Source of the DNA: Octopus sinensis | Taxonomy: Eukaryota | Assembly (NCBI RefSeq): GCF_006345805.1 | Contig: NC_043004.1 | Coordinates: forward strand, 5,146,001-5,210,000 | Reading direction: 5' to 3' | Length of the DNA: 64,000 nt | In this document: one piece after another, positions 25,901 through 39,587 of the stretch | Position numbering within the stretch: position 1 is the first letter of the stretch | Layout: the number at the start of each line of letters is the position of its first letter | The notes under the pieces: generated by a model | Told to the model about the DNA's origin: nothing | Seen by the model: only the letters and a program-made list of their open reading frames with translations | The model's database searches: none | Program-made: the position numbers and the translations under genes

Positions 25901-27405
25901 AGCTAACATCTTTTGGTTATTTTTACTAATACACTGGATATAACTGGGAGACTTGGAGGCTTACACCCATTCAAAAGGAATTTATATAGTTGAATTAATC
26001 AAATATATATACGCACGCGCGCACAGATAATGCGCAGAAAACAAGCTGCCTGGATATCAAGTCACTTTCACTTTTGAACATTCTCTATGAGGTTAGATAA
26101 AAAATATAAAGGTTACTATAAATTATGTACTGATATCACAGAAAATAATAAAATCTCTGTGTAGAAAAGAAAAGAAAACCAAAAAAATTCCTTCTCTTCA
26201 CGTTTTTCTTCGTAGTTGAGAACTAAAGGTCGAACGTATCAAATGAAAAACGGTTGTGATATTATCATATCCCCACTAATTATTTCAATAAAACCGAAGA
26301 ATATTATTTTGTATGCTAAGGTTTCTTTTATATATTTTTTCTTCTCTGTAGTTTTTTGGCAACGGGAAGAGGAAACTTTATATATTTTAGATAAAAGCAT
26401 TAACGATGAACTCGAAGTAGAATGTTAACGACCAGAAAACGAAACTTACTTTTAAATTGATATCTCATTTATTTTTCACCTAAGATGATATGTCATTAAA
26501 AAAAAAAAAATTTAACATAGCTAAAATACTTCGTTAGGTTAACAGCTGAAGAAAATTGAATCTTTTCTCAAAGCCATTATCAGAAACTGAAATCAGGTTA
26601 GAGATTCGAGCCGTTGGTCGAAAACATCTGGCTCAGTCGTCAAATGAAACCAGTAAAATTTAGTAATATCGAATGAATCCATATATGGACAACAGGCGAG
26701 ATTGAAGCCAAAGCACAAGATAAAAACTTAATCGTTGAAAATATGATGTGAGACCAGAAATTTTATCAAATGAACAAGATAGCAAGAAGAACGCGATGTA
26801 AAGAGATGACAAACCATTATAAATACAAAGAAACGTATTTTGTTTTGTAATTCACCTGTTAGCTGAATGCAGACGACATCTTATAATTAGTGTGTCGATT
26901 TAACATCAGTTATTATTTCAATGAGTGGATGATAAATAAATAAACGGGTATAATCATCAAATACGTTATTCGTCTGCAAGCTTGTCTGTTACGATGGAAA
27001 TTAAATGACTGTTGGTATTTGATATTTTTCTTTGATGATTGAAATCTGGTCTTTTTTCTCTTACGTCACTTGCTCGGGGAACGCATTTTGAATAAGTTCA
27101 ACCGAACTACCCCAAATAACTTTGAACACGTTATCTATTGCTGTGGTTACTGTTACAGAGTCAATCCTAGCTTCAACAGCTATGGTTTTATATGCTGTAA
27201 CTGTTATGAAGTTATTTAGTTATGGGATGCAAGTTATTTTGCACTAGGATGCAACATCCTATTCTATTTATTTCACTCTTATTTCAGGATTTTGCAAATA
27301 TTTCAGTTAAAAATTGTTTCATACTGTAGCAGTTAGCACAGCGTTTTTACGTTTTGCTCCGAGTGCGTTTCAAATAATAGTAAAACTACATACATACAAA
27401 TAGGT

Positions 27406-27409
<4 letters not shown>

Positions 27410-27487
<78 letters not shown>

Positions 27488-27540
27488 CCAGACAGACAGA
27501 CAGGTAGACAGACAGACAGACGGACGGACGGATGGATGGA
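27410..27540. repeat. (GATA)n/(GACA)n/(GGAC)n compound microsatellite
   Basis: Direct reading. Confidence 0.95.
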
Positions 27541-27999
27541 GAGTGCGAGAGAGATATTTTTCTGAATTTATTCACGAAAATAGTCAAAATCTTTTCAAGC
27601 AGCGCCTCAATTACAGTGGTCAACTAAAGATTTCTTCGTGAAACCGTAGGGAACTAGTGATGGTCTATGTTTTTGCAAATAGTAAGTAGAAAAAGTTCAC
27701 AAAATGGAAGAAATGAGAGATGTTTGTCCAAAACATCCGTTTTCTCCTCTTCACGAAAAACTAACATATTCTACTTTGACATAAGACCAACACTTTGTAA
27801 GTGAATATGGTAGATTCTTCGTCTGTGGTGATAAACAAGCATATAATTAACAATTTCTACTCTGGAAATTAACGTTGATTTGAGTGAATATTCCACAAAT
27901 ACGAATTCTAACGCAATTCATAGGCCATTTCAGCGGGATACAATATGACAAGGCTAAATTACAGATATATGATTTAAAAGTAAGACGTACAGACAATTG

Positions 28000-28726
28000 C
28001 GGGATCTTTTCCTTTTGAACGGCACTTTTCAACACAATTTCTAGTTAACTAAACACTTTTAAACTTCGTATACTGGTAGAATGTGTTTATAAAACATAAT
28101 TTTTCTTGGCTTTATTGAGAAAATTCTATATGTCGTAACATATTTCGTCTTTAATTTCGAGCATTTCGGCAATTTTAACCAATCGCTGACCTCCATTTAG
28201 GTAAATAACATTCTGTGCATAATGAATATGTCCCTCCTTTAAGAAACAGAGTGGGTTTATTTACATTTGTGAAGAAAAAAAGATACCCTCCCCCCCTAAC
28301 CCTAACTCTAAACCTAAATCTAAAATAGATTGAAATGCAATAGATCGATACTAGGGTTATAATTATGGGTGATAATTTCATACGACACCGCTACGGGATA
28401 TTGGATTTTTTTCTAGCGGTGTCAAATGAAAATGTCACTCATAATTATGGCCCTAGTATCGATCTATTGCATTTCAATCTATTTTAGATTTAGGGTTTAA
28501 AGTTAGTTAGTTAGGGTAAGGGTTGGGGAAGGGTATCTTTTTTTCTTCACCAATGTAAATAAACCCAATCTGTTTCTTAAAGGAGGGACATATTCATTGT
28601 GCACAGAATGTTATTTACCTAAATGGAGGTCAGCGATTGGTTAAAATTGCCGAAATGCTCGAAATTAAAGATGAAATATGTTACAACATATTATGTTACA
28701 AAGTGCCGTTCAAAAGGAAAAGATCC
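28000..28726. mobile_element. Foldback MITE, long TIR
   Basis: gggatcttttccttttgaacggcac / gtgccgttcaaaaggaaaagatcc, flanking duplication caattg; partial copies at about 33010-33260 and 58870-59030. Confidence 0.9.
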
Positions 28727-30137
28727 CAATTGAGTCTTAAAAAGGCTGAAAGACAAAGATGACTATGTTTGGGATTTGAAATCAAGAAAGTAGACAGTTG
28801 AGTAGTTCAGAACAAATATTTTTTCCTTTCCGCTATGGACACAAGGCCTGACATTTTAGAGGAGGGGGTTAGTCGATTACATCGACCCCAGTGCTCAACT
28901 GGTAGTTACTTGATCGACTCCGAGAGGATGCGAAATAAAGTCATCTCTGCAGAATTTTAATTCAGACGGACGAAATGTCTAAGTATTTTCTCCTGTGTGC
29001 AAATGATTCTGACAGCTTTTCAATGGTCAAATATTAAAAACATTTGTAACAATACCAACACCAGCATATTTTTTTCCAACACTTTAAACGTTAGTTCTCC
29101 CCTCTCAGAATATGTAGATAATGTTTCTATTTTTTGTTTGTAAGCTTAAAATATGTTTTTATTAAACATTTATTATTGACAATGCATTCATAAATAAAGT
29201 ACAGAACTGGGAGTGGTTATTATCAGTTTAGCCTAAAGACAAGTAAATTCGGCCTAGCCTAGCCAAGAGACAAGTTAATTCGACTTAAGTCGTTTTTTGA
29301 CTTCGTGTCTAATTAACGATGTAAGTGAGGAATGCCTATATAGTGATATCCTATCTTTATTATAAGCTATGTGCTGCGCTCTGAAACAAAACAGCCGATA
29401 TAAAATCAGTAGTGAAATACTGAACTAAGTAGAAATTAGTAGATAGTTTAGTGGCCTAGAACAAATAGCTGAAACAATGAACAAATACCAAGAACAAATA
29501 GCTGAATCAGTGAATTATCTCAGAGAGGAAAAATAATATCAGATGTAAGTGAAATAGGTCAAACAAAACGTGTAATGTTTCTTTTGACCGATAAATTATT
29601 CAACACAAATCGAAAAGATACATTTTTTCGGGTATTCCAGATGATAGTGTTGGTCATCAATTTTGAAGAGATGGCGGCGCTGTAATTTAAAAAGGTATAT
29701 GGAAAGTTTACGTGCTTGAAGTTCAGGTGTTTTTTTTTTATTTCACTGCAATGTTTGTGAGATTTTATGGAAAAGTTTGAGCTTATCATTAACAAATACA
29801 ACTGATAAAAAAAAAAATTGTGACATAGATTCAGTGTCACTGATGTCGGAGTGAAATGAGATTGCGATACATTCATATCCTCTTCAAATACCTATTTAGT
29901 GAAATAAAATGGAATATGAGACGTTTCAGCGCAGCCGTTTTGGCGCCGCTGAGACGCTGGCTTATTTGACATCAGACGTTTTAATGTTTCTTTATCTCTT
30001 CCCCGCCTCTCTCTCTGTTTATGTGTCTGTGTATCTAATTATGTTCTAATTTGTACATGTGTAATGTCTCTCCTTCTCTCTCTCTCTCTGTATGTTGCGT
30101 GTGTATGTATGTATGTATATATATATATATGTACATA

Positions 30138-30180
<43 letters not shown>

Positions 30181-30202
30181 TATATATATATATATATATA
30201 TA

Positions 30203-30422
30203 TATAGAAGGAGCTTCTACAGGACTAGAACTGTTTCATTCAGATGAAATCTTCAGGAAGCTGGCTGTCAAAATAAATACCAACCTACCCAAAAAACGTC
30301 CCCCACCACCACTCCATTAAATCTGCCTAAATGCATAAAAACCAGAACTTATTTTGACAGCCAGCTTCCTGAAGATTTCATCTGAATGAAACAGTTCTAG
30401 TCCTGTAGAAGCTCCTTCTATA
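30203..30422. mobile_element. Penelope-like foldback stub: 74-bp perfect inverted arms, each carrying a hammerhead motif
   Basis: Arms 30203-30276 and 30349-30422, 72-bp spacer, adjacent to (TA)n. Confidence 0.75.
30363..30413 (+). ncRNA. Type I hammerhead ribozyme motif (identical minus-strand copy at 30212-30262)
   Basis: agcttc-CUGAAGA-t ttc atct gaa t-GAAA-cag ttctagtc ctg-UA-gaagct; U10.1-U11.1 is non-canonical. Confidence 0.6.
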
Positions 30423-30500
30423 AAATAAATTACTTTACTCTGCTATGTATTGAGTACCTTATTTACTGTGGTTAACCCCGACTCAACCCGGGACCTACAC

Positions 30501-30540
<40 letters not shown>

Positions 30541-30543
<3 letters not shown>

Positions 30544-30709
30544 GTATGATGAATTTATGGAATGAAGTTGCATAAATCCCATTAATTTTGTTAAGAATGG
30601 AGGAAACAAGTTGTTAAAATTTATATGGAGTTTTAACAACTTGCTTCCTCCAATCTTAACAAAATTGATGGGATTTATGGAACGAAGTTCCATAAATTCA
30701 TCAAACATT
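30541..30709. repeat. Long hairpin (about 80-bp arms, 11-nt loop), Penelope-like foldback with a decayed hammerhead-like UGAUGA-stem
   Basis: Arms tgatgaatttatggaa...caagttgttaaaa and its inverse. Confidence 0.75.
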
Positions 30710-31249
30710 ATATACAAGTACTACTTTCATATCTTCGCAAATTTACGCCTGTAAACTTTCACCAAAGTATGAAGAATCAACATTAGGAATCTTTTTTGGA
30801 AACCTCCAATTAAAAAACGAATCCACATTCAACCTTTATACACCTATATGTGTGTGTATTTATATATATATATATATATGACAAGCTTCCACATGATATC
30901 CATTTACCAAATTCACTCACAAGGCGTTGGTCGGCCTGGGGCTACAGTAGATGACATCTGTCCAAAGTGCCGCTCAGTGTAATTAAACCCGAAACCACCT
31001 GATTACAAAGCGAGCTTCTTAACCAATCAGCCATGAATGCATCTAATAAAAGCAATACGGAATATACATACAACTTATTTGTCTAAGTTTAACTTACTTT
31101 TTTACCAATTACTCTCTTTCTCTGTCTGTCTTTCCCTCCCCTCCCTCTCTCAATTTCTCTCTCTCTGTTTCTTTCTCTCCCTCCTCCCCTCCCTTTCTGT
31201 TGTTACCTGCTCTAATACCATGTAATATTGTAGGGACTTTGCCTTGAGT

Positions 31250-31690
31250 GCAGTACTCGAATTCTGGCACAAGGCCGGCAATTTCGAGGGAGGGGATTAG
31301 TGTCGATTGCTCAACTGGTACTTATTTAATCGACCCTGAAAGGATAAAAGTCAAAGTCAACCTCAGCGGAATTTTGAACGGAGAACATGAAGACGGACAA
31401 AAAGCCGCTGAGCACTTTGTCCGTCGTGCTAACGATTCTGTCTGCTCACTGCCTGAAGCAGATCACACATATTGGTCTCAAATTTTGGCACAAGGCTAGC
31501 AATTTCGGGGAAGTGGGTAAGTAGATTACATTGATCCCAGTGCATAACTGGTATTTATTTTATCGACCCTGCAAGGGTGAAAGGCAAAGTCGACCTCAGT
31601 GGAATTTGAACTCAGAATATAAAGACAGACGAAATGCCACTGAGCATCTTGTCCGGTGTGCGAATGATTCTGCCAGCTCGCCGCTTTAAG
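31250..31690 (-). mobile_element. Two SINE family C-related copies
   Basis: Reverse complement of ggcggcgagctggcagaatc...gagttcaaattcc...cctttc. Confidence 0.75.
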
Positions 31691-32295
31691 CAAATCACTA
31701 ATACTGAGATGTAGCCACATGACTTTTCCTCTTGTTAATCATCACCTCATCCAGTTAATTATTAGGTTGGTGCATAATTATTGCGGCTTTTTTTTTTTTT
31801 TCAGTAGATTTTATTCAACAAAAACGATAACAAAATTTAACAAAAACATCTTTAAATGAATATTCCGGAGCATATTCACCATCTACTTCAATTACTGCTT
31901 CCCATTTGCTTGGCAGCCGGTCGGAATAATCATTTAAAGATGTTTTTGTTAAATGTTGTTATTGTTTTTGGTGAATAAAATTTATTGAAAAAAGGTTCAA
32001 AGACAAAGTCGACCTCAGCAGATCTTAAATGCAAAACGTGACGACGGATGAAGTGCCGCTAAGCATTTTGTCCGATGTGCTAACGGCTCTAACTGCTCGC
32101 CGCCTCATTTGCTAAGGTATATTATTGGTTTAAGCATTTTGTCCAGTGCGGTAACAAGTCTGCAAGTTCGTCGCCTTTGTAGCGTGGCAGTTTCAGCAAT
32201 TGTGAAAAATGACTTAGCGATTGCTAATATCTTCACTGTGTGAAAGGCAAGGCAGGAATGATCTCGTTTGAGGTTACAACCATCTTTGGTCAACC

Positions 32296-32727
32296 TGTTC
32301 TTGTTCTAAACACTAATTTGATTGGCTGACAGGACACGAGTGGTCTCTACGTGTTTCGCGCCACTGGGTGACATGTGACACGAGGGTCCCTACGAGGTCC
32401 GCGCCACTGATCGACACGTGACGCGAATTGTCTCGACTTATTTCGCGCCATAATTGCGAATCAGCCAATCAAGACTTTCGGTTAAAATTCCATTTTCTGG
32501 GGTTCGGTGAGCCAACCAAACAGTATATAAGCAGGATTTCACAGACACTTGGGGTCTTAGTTTCCAGTTCTTCTAAGAGCTAACTTAGACCCCTGCTGCT
32601 CAACTTACAGATATGCGATTGTCTCTGAGTAGATTCCAGCATCTTGCCCTATGAATGGTAAACTAAATGCCATTGTTAATTCTATGTTCAGTACCTTTGG
32701 GTATGCTTCACGCCACCGGAACACACA
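32296..32727 (+). promoter_or_regulatory. Promoter-like module, possibly a solo LTR: inverted CCAAT pair, three (tt)cgcgcca repeats, E-boxes, TATA box
   Basis: ttgattggctga...tcagccaatcaa, cacgtga, tatataag at about 32525; tgttc...gaaca termini but no clear TSD. Confidence 0.45.
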
Positions 32728-33556
32728 GACACAAAACGTGCTAACGTTTACGAACTCTTAAAATCCGCATGATTATAGAATATGTGAAATAAATATTTAT
32801 CTACCAACAGAAGACTTGTGTCAATTCACTTATGTCCTATCGTCGTTATATGTATTTTATGGCTTTTGAATAATTCGTTAAGAATAGAACCGCGTGCAAT
32901 CGTATTTCCTACACGATACGACTAAGCGTGATCCTATTTCTTACACCTTATTTTGCTAAGTGAAGATATTGAAAAGTATTTTCCATTGTTTAATGTTTTT
33001 TTGAGGGGTGGATCTTTTCGCTTTGACCGGCAGATTTTAAAAATAATTTCTTTGCAACTAAACACTTTTAAACTTCGTATACTGGTAGAATGTGTTTATA
33101 AAACATCTTTTTCTCTTGGCTTTCTTGAGAAAATTCTGTAGTTTGTAAGCTATTTCCTCTTTAATTTCTTAATTTTCGGCAATTTCAACCAATCCATGAC
33201 GTCTATTGAGGTGAAAACAATATCTGCCGAAGTCTGTCAACAACAATTTTTTGCAGTGTCACATGAAAATGACTTTGATCAGATCCTCAGACTTTGATCA
33301 GATCCTCAAAATTGATCTTACAGAAAACATCTGGTTTGATATTTGGTAGAGATAAGGCATCCCAAATATTCTTTTAGCAAGTTTAAAGTGATTTCTTTTA
33401 TGCTGTAAACCATTTACTGATTCTATCATGGCATCCCCTTTCTTTGATGCTCCAAACACGTGCATATTTTGCGGTAAATTTTGTTACTAAGATTTTCACT
33501 AAGAAAAAAATTACGGAAGACTACCAAGACTACAATTACGGAAGACTACCAAGAAT

Positions 33557-33599
<43 letters not shown>

Positions 33600-34090
33600 C
33601 ATACATATATCTGTGTGTGTGTGTGTAATCGTCTTAACTTAAAGGAAAAGGGCTATACTATCCCAGTCTTGGTGCTCCCGGTCGAAATGCAACCATTTCA
33701 TCTCCACGTGGTTCTCGGTAGTCTTCTGTAAATTTTTTTTCCTATTGAAAATCGTGGGGGTGTTAATATCAAAATTTACCCAAATGAATCCAACACTTGG
33801 TACACATTACTGATAAAAAAAGTAGACAGTTTTGTATAAATGTTACGAAACCAAATACTAACTAGTAAGAAAGGCAGAGATAACAACATATTTCTAAAAA
33901 TAACACGTTACCCAAAAATCTGGAATGAATACTTAACGTAACCTCCTTTACCACGAAGCCGCTAGATGATAGCTGTTTTCTAGACGTTAACAGTGTCACA
34001 TGGTCTTCTCAAATATAAAATTTACCAACATAGTTCTTGCTAGTGTGAAAGTTAAGACCCATTCTGTGCTGAACCTATTTTACTTTTCAG

Positions 34091-34229
34091 AAGGCGGCGA
34101 GCTGGCAGAAACGTTGGCACACTGGGCGAAATGCGTAGCCGTATTTCGTCTGCCGTTACGTTCTGAGTTCAAATTCCGCCGAGGTCAACTTTGCCTTTCA
34201 TCCTTTCGGGGTCGATTAAATAAGTACCA
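34091..34229 (+). mobile_element. SINE family C, 5' half
   Basis: aggcggcgagctggcagaaacg...taagtacca. Confidence 0.85.
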
Positions 34230-34259
34230 CATAATTGTAAACCAAAATGAAAACGGAAT

Positions 34260-34410
34260 TGTAGTATGCGTGGTAGTATGCGCAAAGTTTGAGGCGGCGC
34301 AGGAACAAGTTGACGTCCGCCCGAGTCTCGAACTCATCACAGTGGCGCGTGAGTGGCGTGAAGCGGAGACCCTTACTGAGGAGAGAGCGCTCGGCGGCGG
34401 AGAGGGGGAG
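34260..34410 (+). promoter_or_regulatory. CpG-rich candidate promoter / first non-coding exon
   Basis: Locally GC- and CpG-rich, tgcgca and tgacgtc motifs, ends GAG|GTTGGT (donor-like). Confidence 0.45.
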
Positions 34411-34541
34411 GTTGGTTTTTCACTGTTTGATTTGCCTATTAGTGGTTTTATCTCTAATTTAATTTATACAGATCTATATCTCATTTGTATACATTTGTAT
34501 ATATAATGCGTGCACACACACACACACACACATATATATAT

Positions 34542-34606
<65 letters not shown>

Positions 34607-35479
34607 GTGTGCATTACGTAGTCGGTCGATTCAGCTGAAAATATGCATACCTATGTTAAAAGTGCTGGCAAGTTTGCATGACAACTATTTTTTTCCTCAA
34701 ATGAAAGGCGTCACCTCTAAGACAAAATTCCTCATCTTATAAAATGTGGCCCCAGTAGACCCGAATGAAATCGGGTTATGTTAACCAAAATGTGAAAAGT
34801 GGTCTAAATGGGGCTGGAATGGGATTAAAATTTAAAGGAGCGGGTGTTTAGGAATTCTCTGTTACATCAAGCTAAAAAATTTGCGCCAGCCTTTTAATCG
34901 TCAATGTGTTGCCGTCCATGATAAAGAGTCCATGATAAAGAGTCCATGGTGAGTCTACTGTCGTGAGAAAGAATCACTTCAAAACTTGGTGTTTACGAAT
35001 TTTCTTTTACATCAAGTTGAAAATTTTACGCCAGTCGTTAAACTGTCACTACATTGCTGTCCGTCGTTAAGAAGTGCCAGCCATGGTGACTCTACTATCC
35101 TCAGATTCTATCCCTTCAAACTTTGGTTTCCAATATTTTATTATTTTTCTTCAGCTCGCAAGTCCGTCTGTCCCTTTTAAATGTTAGCATTTTGCTGTCT
35201 GCCTTGAAGCAGACTTTTCCATTATCACTGCCTCATATTTCTGATTGATCTTTCTAAATATTTTATTTCTCAACTTACTCAAGATCTTCTGTTGTTTATA
35301 AATGGGAGAGAGATAGATAAAGATAGAGAGTAAGAGAAAGCAAGGAAGAGTCCGAGAGATAAGAAAACTAAGAGAGTGGGAAAGTGAGAGAGAAAGGAGA
35401 GAGAAAAAAATACGGAGAATCATCATCATCATCATCGTCTAACGGCCGTTTTATGTGCTAGCAAGGCTTGGACAGTGTA

Positions 35480-38400
35480 TACATTGTATACATTTATATA
35501 TATATACATATACATATATATATATATACATATAAATATATATAATTTGTATACATTTATATACATATAAATATATATAATTTGTATACATTTATATACA
35601 TATATATATAATTTGTATATATTTATATACATATATATAATTTGTATACGTTTATATACATATATATAATTTGTATAAGTTTATATACATGTATATAATT
35701 TGTATAAGTTTATATACATGTATATAATTTGTATACGTTTATATACATGTATATAATTTGTATACGTTTATATACATGTATATAATTTGTATACATTTAT
35801 ATACATATATACGTATATATTTATATACATATATATAATTTGTATATATTCATATACGTATATATAATTTGTATATATTCATATACATATATATAATTTG
35901 TATATATTCATATACATATATATAATTTGTATATATTCATATACAAATATATAATTTGTATATATTTATATACATATATATAATTTGTATATATTTATAT
36001 ATATGTATATAAATATATACAAATTATATATATAATTATATATAATTTGTATACATTTATATACAAATATATAATTTGTATACGTTTATATACATATATA
36101 TAATTTGCATACATATATATAATTTGCATACATATATATAATTTGTATATATTTGTATACATATATATAATTTGTATATATTTGTATACAGATATATAAT
36201 TTGTATATATTTGTATACAGATATATAATTTGTATATATTTGTATACATATATATAATTTGTATACATATATATAATTTGTATATATTTGTATACATATA
36301 TATAATTTGTATATATTTGTATACATATATATAATTTGTATATATTTGTATACAGATATATAATTTGTATATATTTGTATACAGATATATAATTTGTATA
36401 TATTTATATATATAATTTGTATATATTCATATACATATATGTAATTCGTATATATTCATATGCATATATGTAATTTGTATATCTTCATATGCATATATAT
36501 AATTTGTAGATATTCCTATGCAAGTATGTAATTTGTAGATATTCATATGCATGTATGTAATTTGTATATATTCATATACATGTATGTAATTTGTATATAT
36601 TCATATACATGTATGTAATTTGTATATCTTCATACACATGTATGTAATTTGTATATATTCATATACATGTATGTAATTTGCATATATTCATATACATGTA
36701 TGTAATTCGCATATATTCATATACATATAAGTAATTCGCATATATTCATATACATATAAGTAATTCGCATATATTCATATACATATAAGTAATTCGCATA
36801 TATTCATATACATATATGTAACTTGTACATCTTCATATACATATATATAATCGCATATCTTCATATACATATATATAATCGCATATCTTCATATACATAT
36901 ATATAATCGCATATCTTCATATACATATATGTAATCCGCATATATACAACTTGCACATATCTTCATATACAGATATACAACTTGCACATATCTTCATATA
37001 CATATATACAACTTGCACATATCTTCATATACATATATACAACTTGCACATATCTTCATATACATACAACTTGCACATATCTTCATATACATATATACAA
37101 CTTGCACATATCTTCATATACATATATACAACTTGCACATATCTTCATATACATATATACAACTTGCACATATCTTCATATACATATATACAACTTGCAC
37201 ATATCTTCATATACATATATACAACTTGCACATATCTTCATATACATATATACAACTTGCACATATCTTCATAACATATATACAACTTGCACATATCTTC
37301 ATATACATATATACAACTTGCACATATCTTCATATACATATATACAACTTGCACATATCTTCATATACATATATACAACTTGCACATATCTTCATATACA
37401 TATATACAACTTGCACATATCTTCATATACATATATACAACTTGCACATATCTTCATATACATATATACAACTTGCACATATCTTCATATACATATATAC
37501 AACTTGCACATATCTTCATATACATATATACAACTTGCACATATCTTCATATACATATATACAACTTGCACATATCTTCATATACATATATACAACTTGC
37601 ACATATCTTCATATACATATATACAACTTGCACATATCTTCATATACATATATACAACTTGCACATATCTTCATATACATATATACAACTTGCACATATC
37701 TTCATATACATATATATAACTTGCACATATCTTCATATACATATATATAACTTGCACATATCTTCATATACATATATATAACTTGCACATATATTCATAT
37801 ACATATATATAATTTGCACATATTCATATACATATATATAATTTGTATATATTTATATACATATATATAATTTATATAAATTTATATATATGTATATAAA
37901 TATATACTAATTATATTTATAATTATATATATTTTGTATATTTTTATATACAAATATACAATTTGTATACGTTTATATACATATATATAATTTGTATACG
38001 TTTATATACATATATATAATTTGTATACATATATACATATATATAAATTGTATGCATATATATAATTTGTATATCTTCATATACATATATATAATTTGCA
38101 TATTTTCATATACATATATGTAATTTGTATATATTCATATACATATATGTAATTTGTATATATTCATATACATATATGTAATTTGTATATATTCATATAC
38201 ATATATGTAATTTGTATATATTCATATACATATATGTAATTTGTATATATTCATAGACATATATGTAATTTGTATATATTCATATACATATATGTAATTC
38301 GTATATCTTCATATACATATACGTAATTTGTATAGCTTCATATACATATACGTAAGTTGTACATCTTCATGTACATATATTTAAATTGGATATCTTCATA

Positions 38401-39325
38401 TACATATATGTAATTTGTATACCTTCATATACATATATGTAATTTGTATACCTTCATATACATATATATAATTTGTATATCTTTATATACATATATGTAA
38501 TTTGTATAGCTTCATATACATATATGTAAGTTGTATATCTTCATATACATATATGTAACTTGTATATATTTATATATATGTATATAAATATATACAAATT
38601 ATATATATAATTATATATATTTTGTATATATTTATATACAAATATATAATTTGTGTACGTTCATATACATGTATATAATTTGTGTACGTTCATATACATG
38701 TATATAATTTGTGTACGTTCATATACATGTATATAATTTGTGTACGTTCATATACATGTATATAATTTGTGTACGTTCATATACATGTATATAATTTGTG
38801 TACGTTCATATACATGTATATAATTTGTGTACGTTCATATACATGTATATAATTTGTGTACGTTCATATACATGTATATAATTTGTGTACGTTCATATAC
38901 ATGTATATAATTTGTGTACGTTCATATACATGTATATAATTTGTGTACGTTCATATACATGTATATAATTTGTGTACGTTCATATACATATATATAATTT
39001 GTATATATTTGTATGCATATATGCAATTTGTATATATTTGTATGCATATATGCAATTTGTATATATTTGTATGCATATATGCAATTTGTATATATTTGTA
39101 TGCATATATGCAATTTGTATATATTTGTATGCATATATGCAATTTGTATATATTTGTATGCATATATGCAATTTGTATATATTTGTATGCATATATGCAA
39201 TTTGTATATATTTGTATGCATATATGCAATTTGTATATATTTACATACCTATATGCAATTTGCATGTATTTACATACCTATTTGCAATTTGCACGTATTT
39301 ACATACCTATATACAATTGTCTATA
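35480..39325. repeat. Large AT-rich minisatellite array (about 29-31-bp units, e.g. TACAACTTGCACATATCTTCATATACATATA)
   Basis: Direct reading; homogeneous 31-bp block at about 36945-37790. Confidence 0.97.
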
Positions 39326-39334
39326 AAGCATACA

Positions 39335-39500
39335 ATGTAGAGAAAAAAAGATTTGAACACCTGGAGGAAAGCACCATCGAGAAGTGTCTTGGTGCGACTA
39401 TGAAAGATATCCCCGCAGAAGTAGAGGTAGGCTGGATTGTAGCCACACTTCTACACCAGAGGGAGGACAAAATACAATTGGTCGAAATTGCAAGAGACGG
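39335..39500 (+). mobile_element. Internally deleted fragment of an ORF1 related to 44755-46236
   Basis: STIEKCLGATMK aligns with EEIEKCLGDIMK; DIPAEVEVGWIVATLL aligns with KVPPNIKTEMLVTAII. Confidence 0.55.
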
Positions 39501-39587
39501 GCCTACAATTCCAGTCTGTTATATATTTTGAGTATTGTTATCACTAGCGATATCAAGATATAACATTGTACTTTAAGTGTATATATA

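Larger units (their letters stand above)
26216..29544 (+). pseudogene. Decayed multi-exon gene (exons about 26216-26320, 26546-26834, 27683-27796, 29367-29544)
   Basis: AG/GT-bounded segments with long frames interrupted mostly by isolated TGA/TAA/TAG stops; family not recognised. Confidence 0.5.

Noticed and set aside
29660-29700. YY1-like gagatggcggcg followed by a donor-like AAG|GTATAT
   Set aside because: The ATG frame stops after 4 codons and there is no supporting context; too weak to call.
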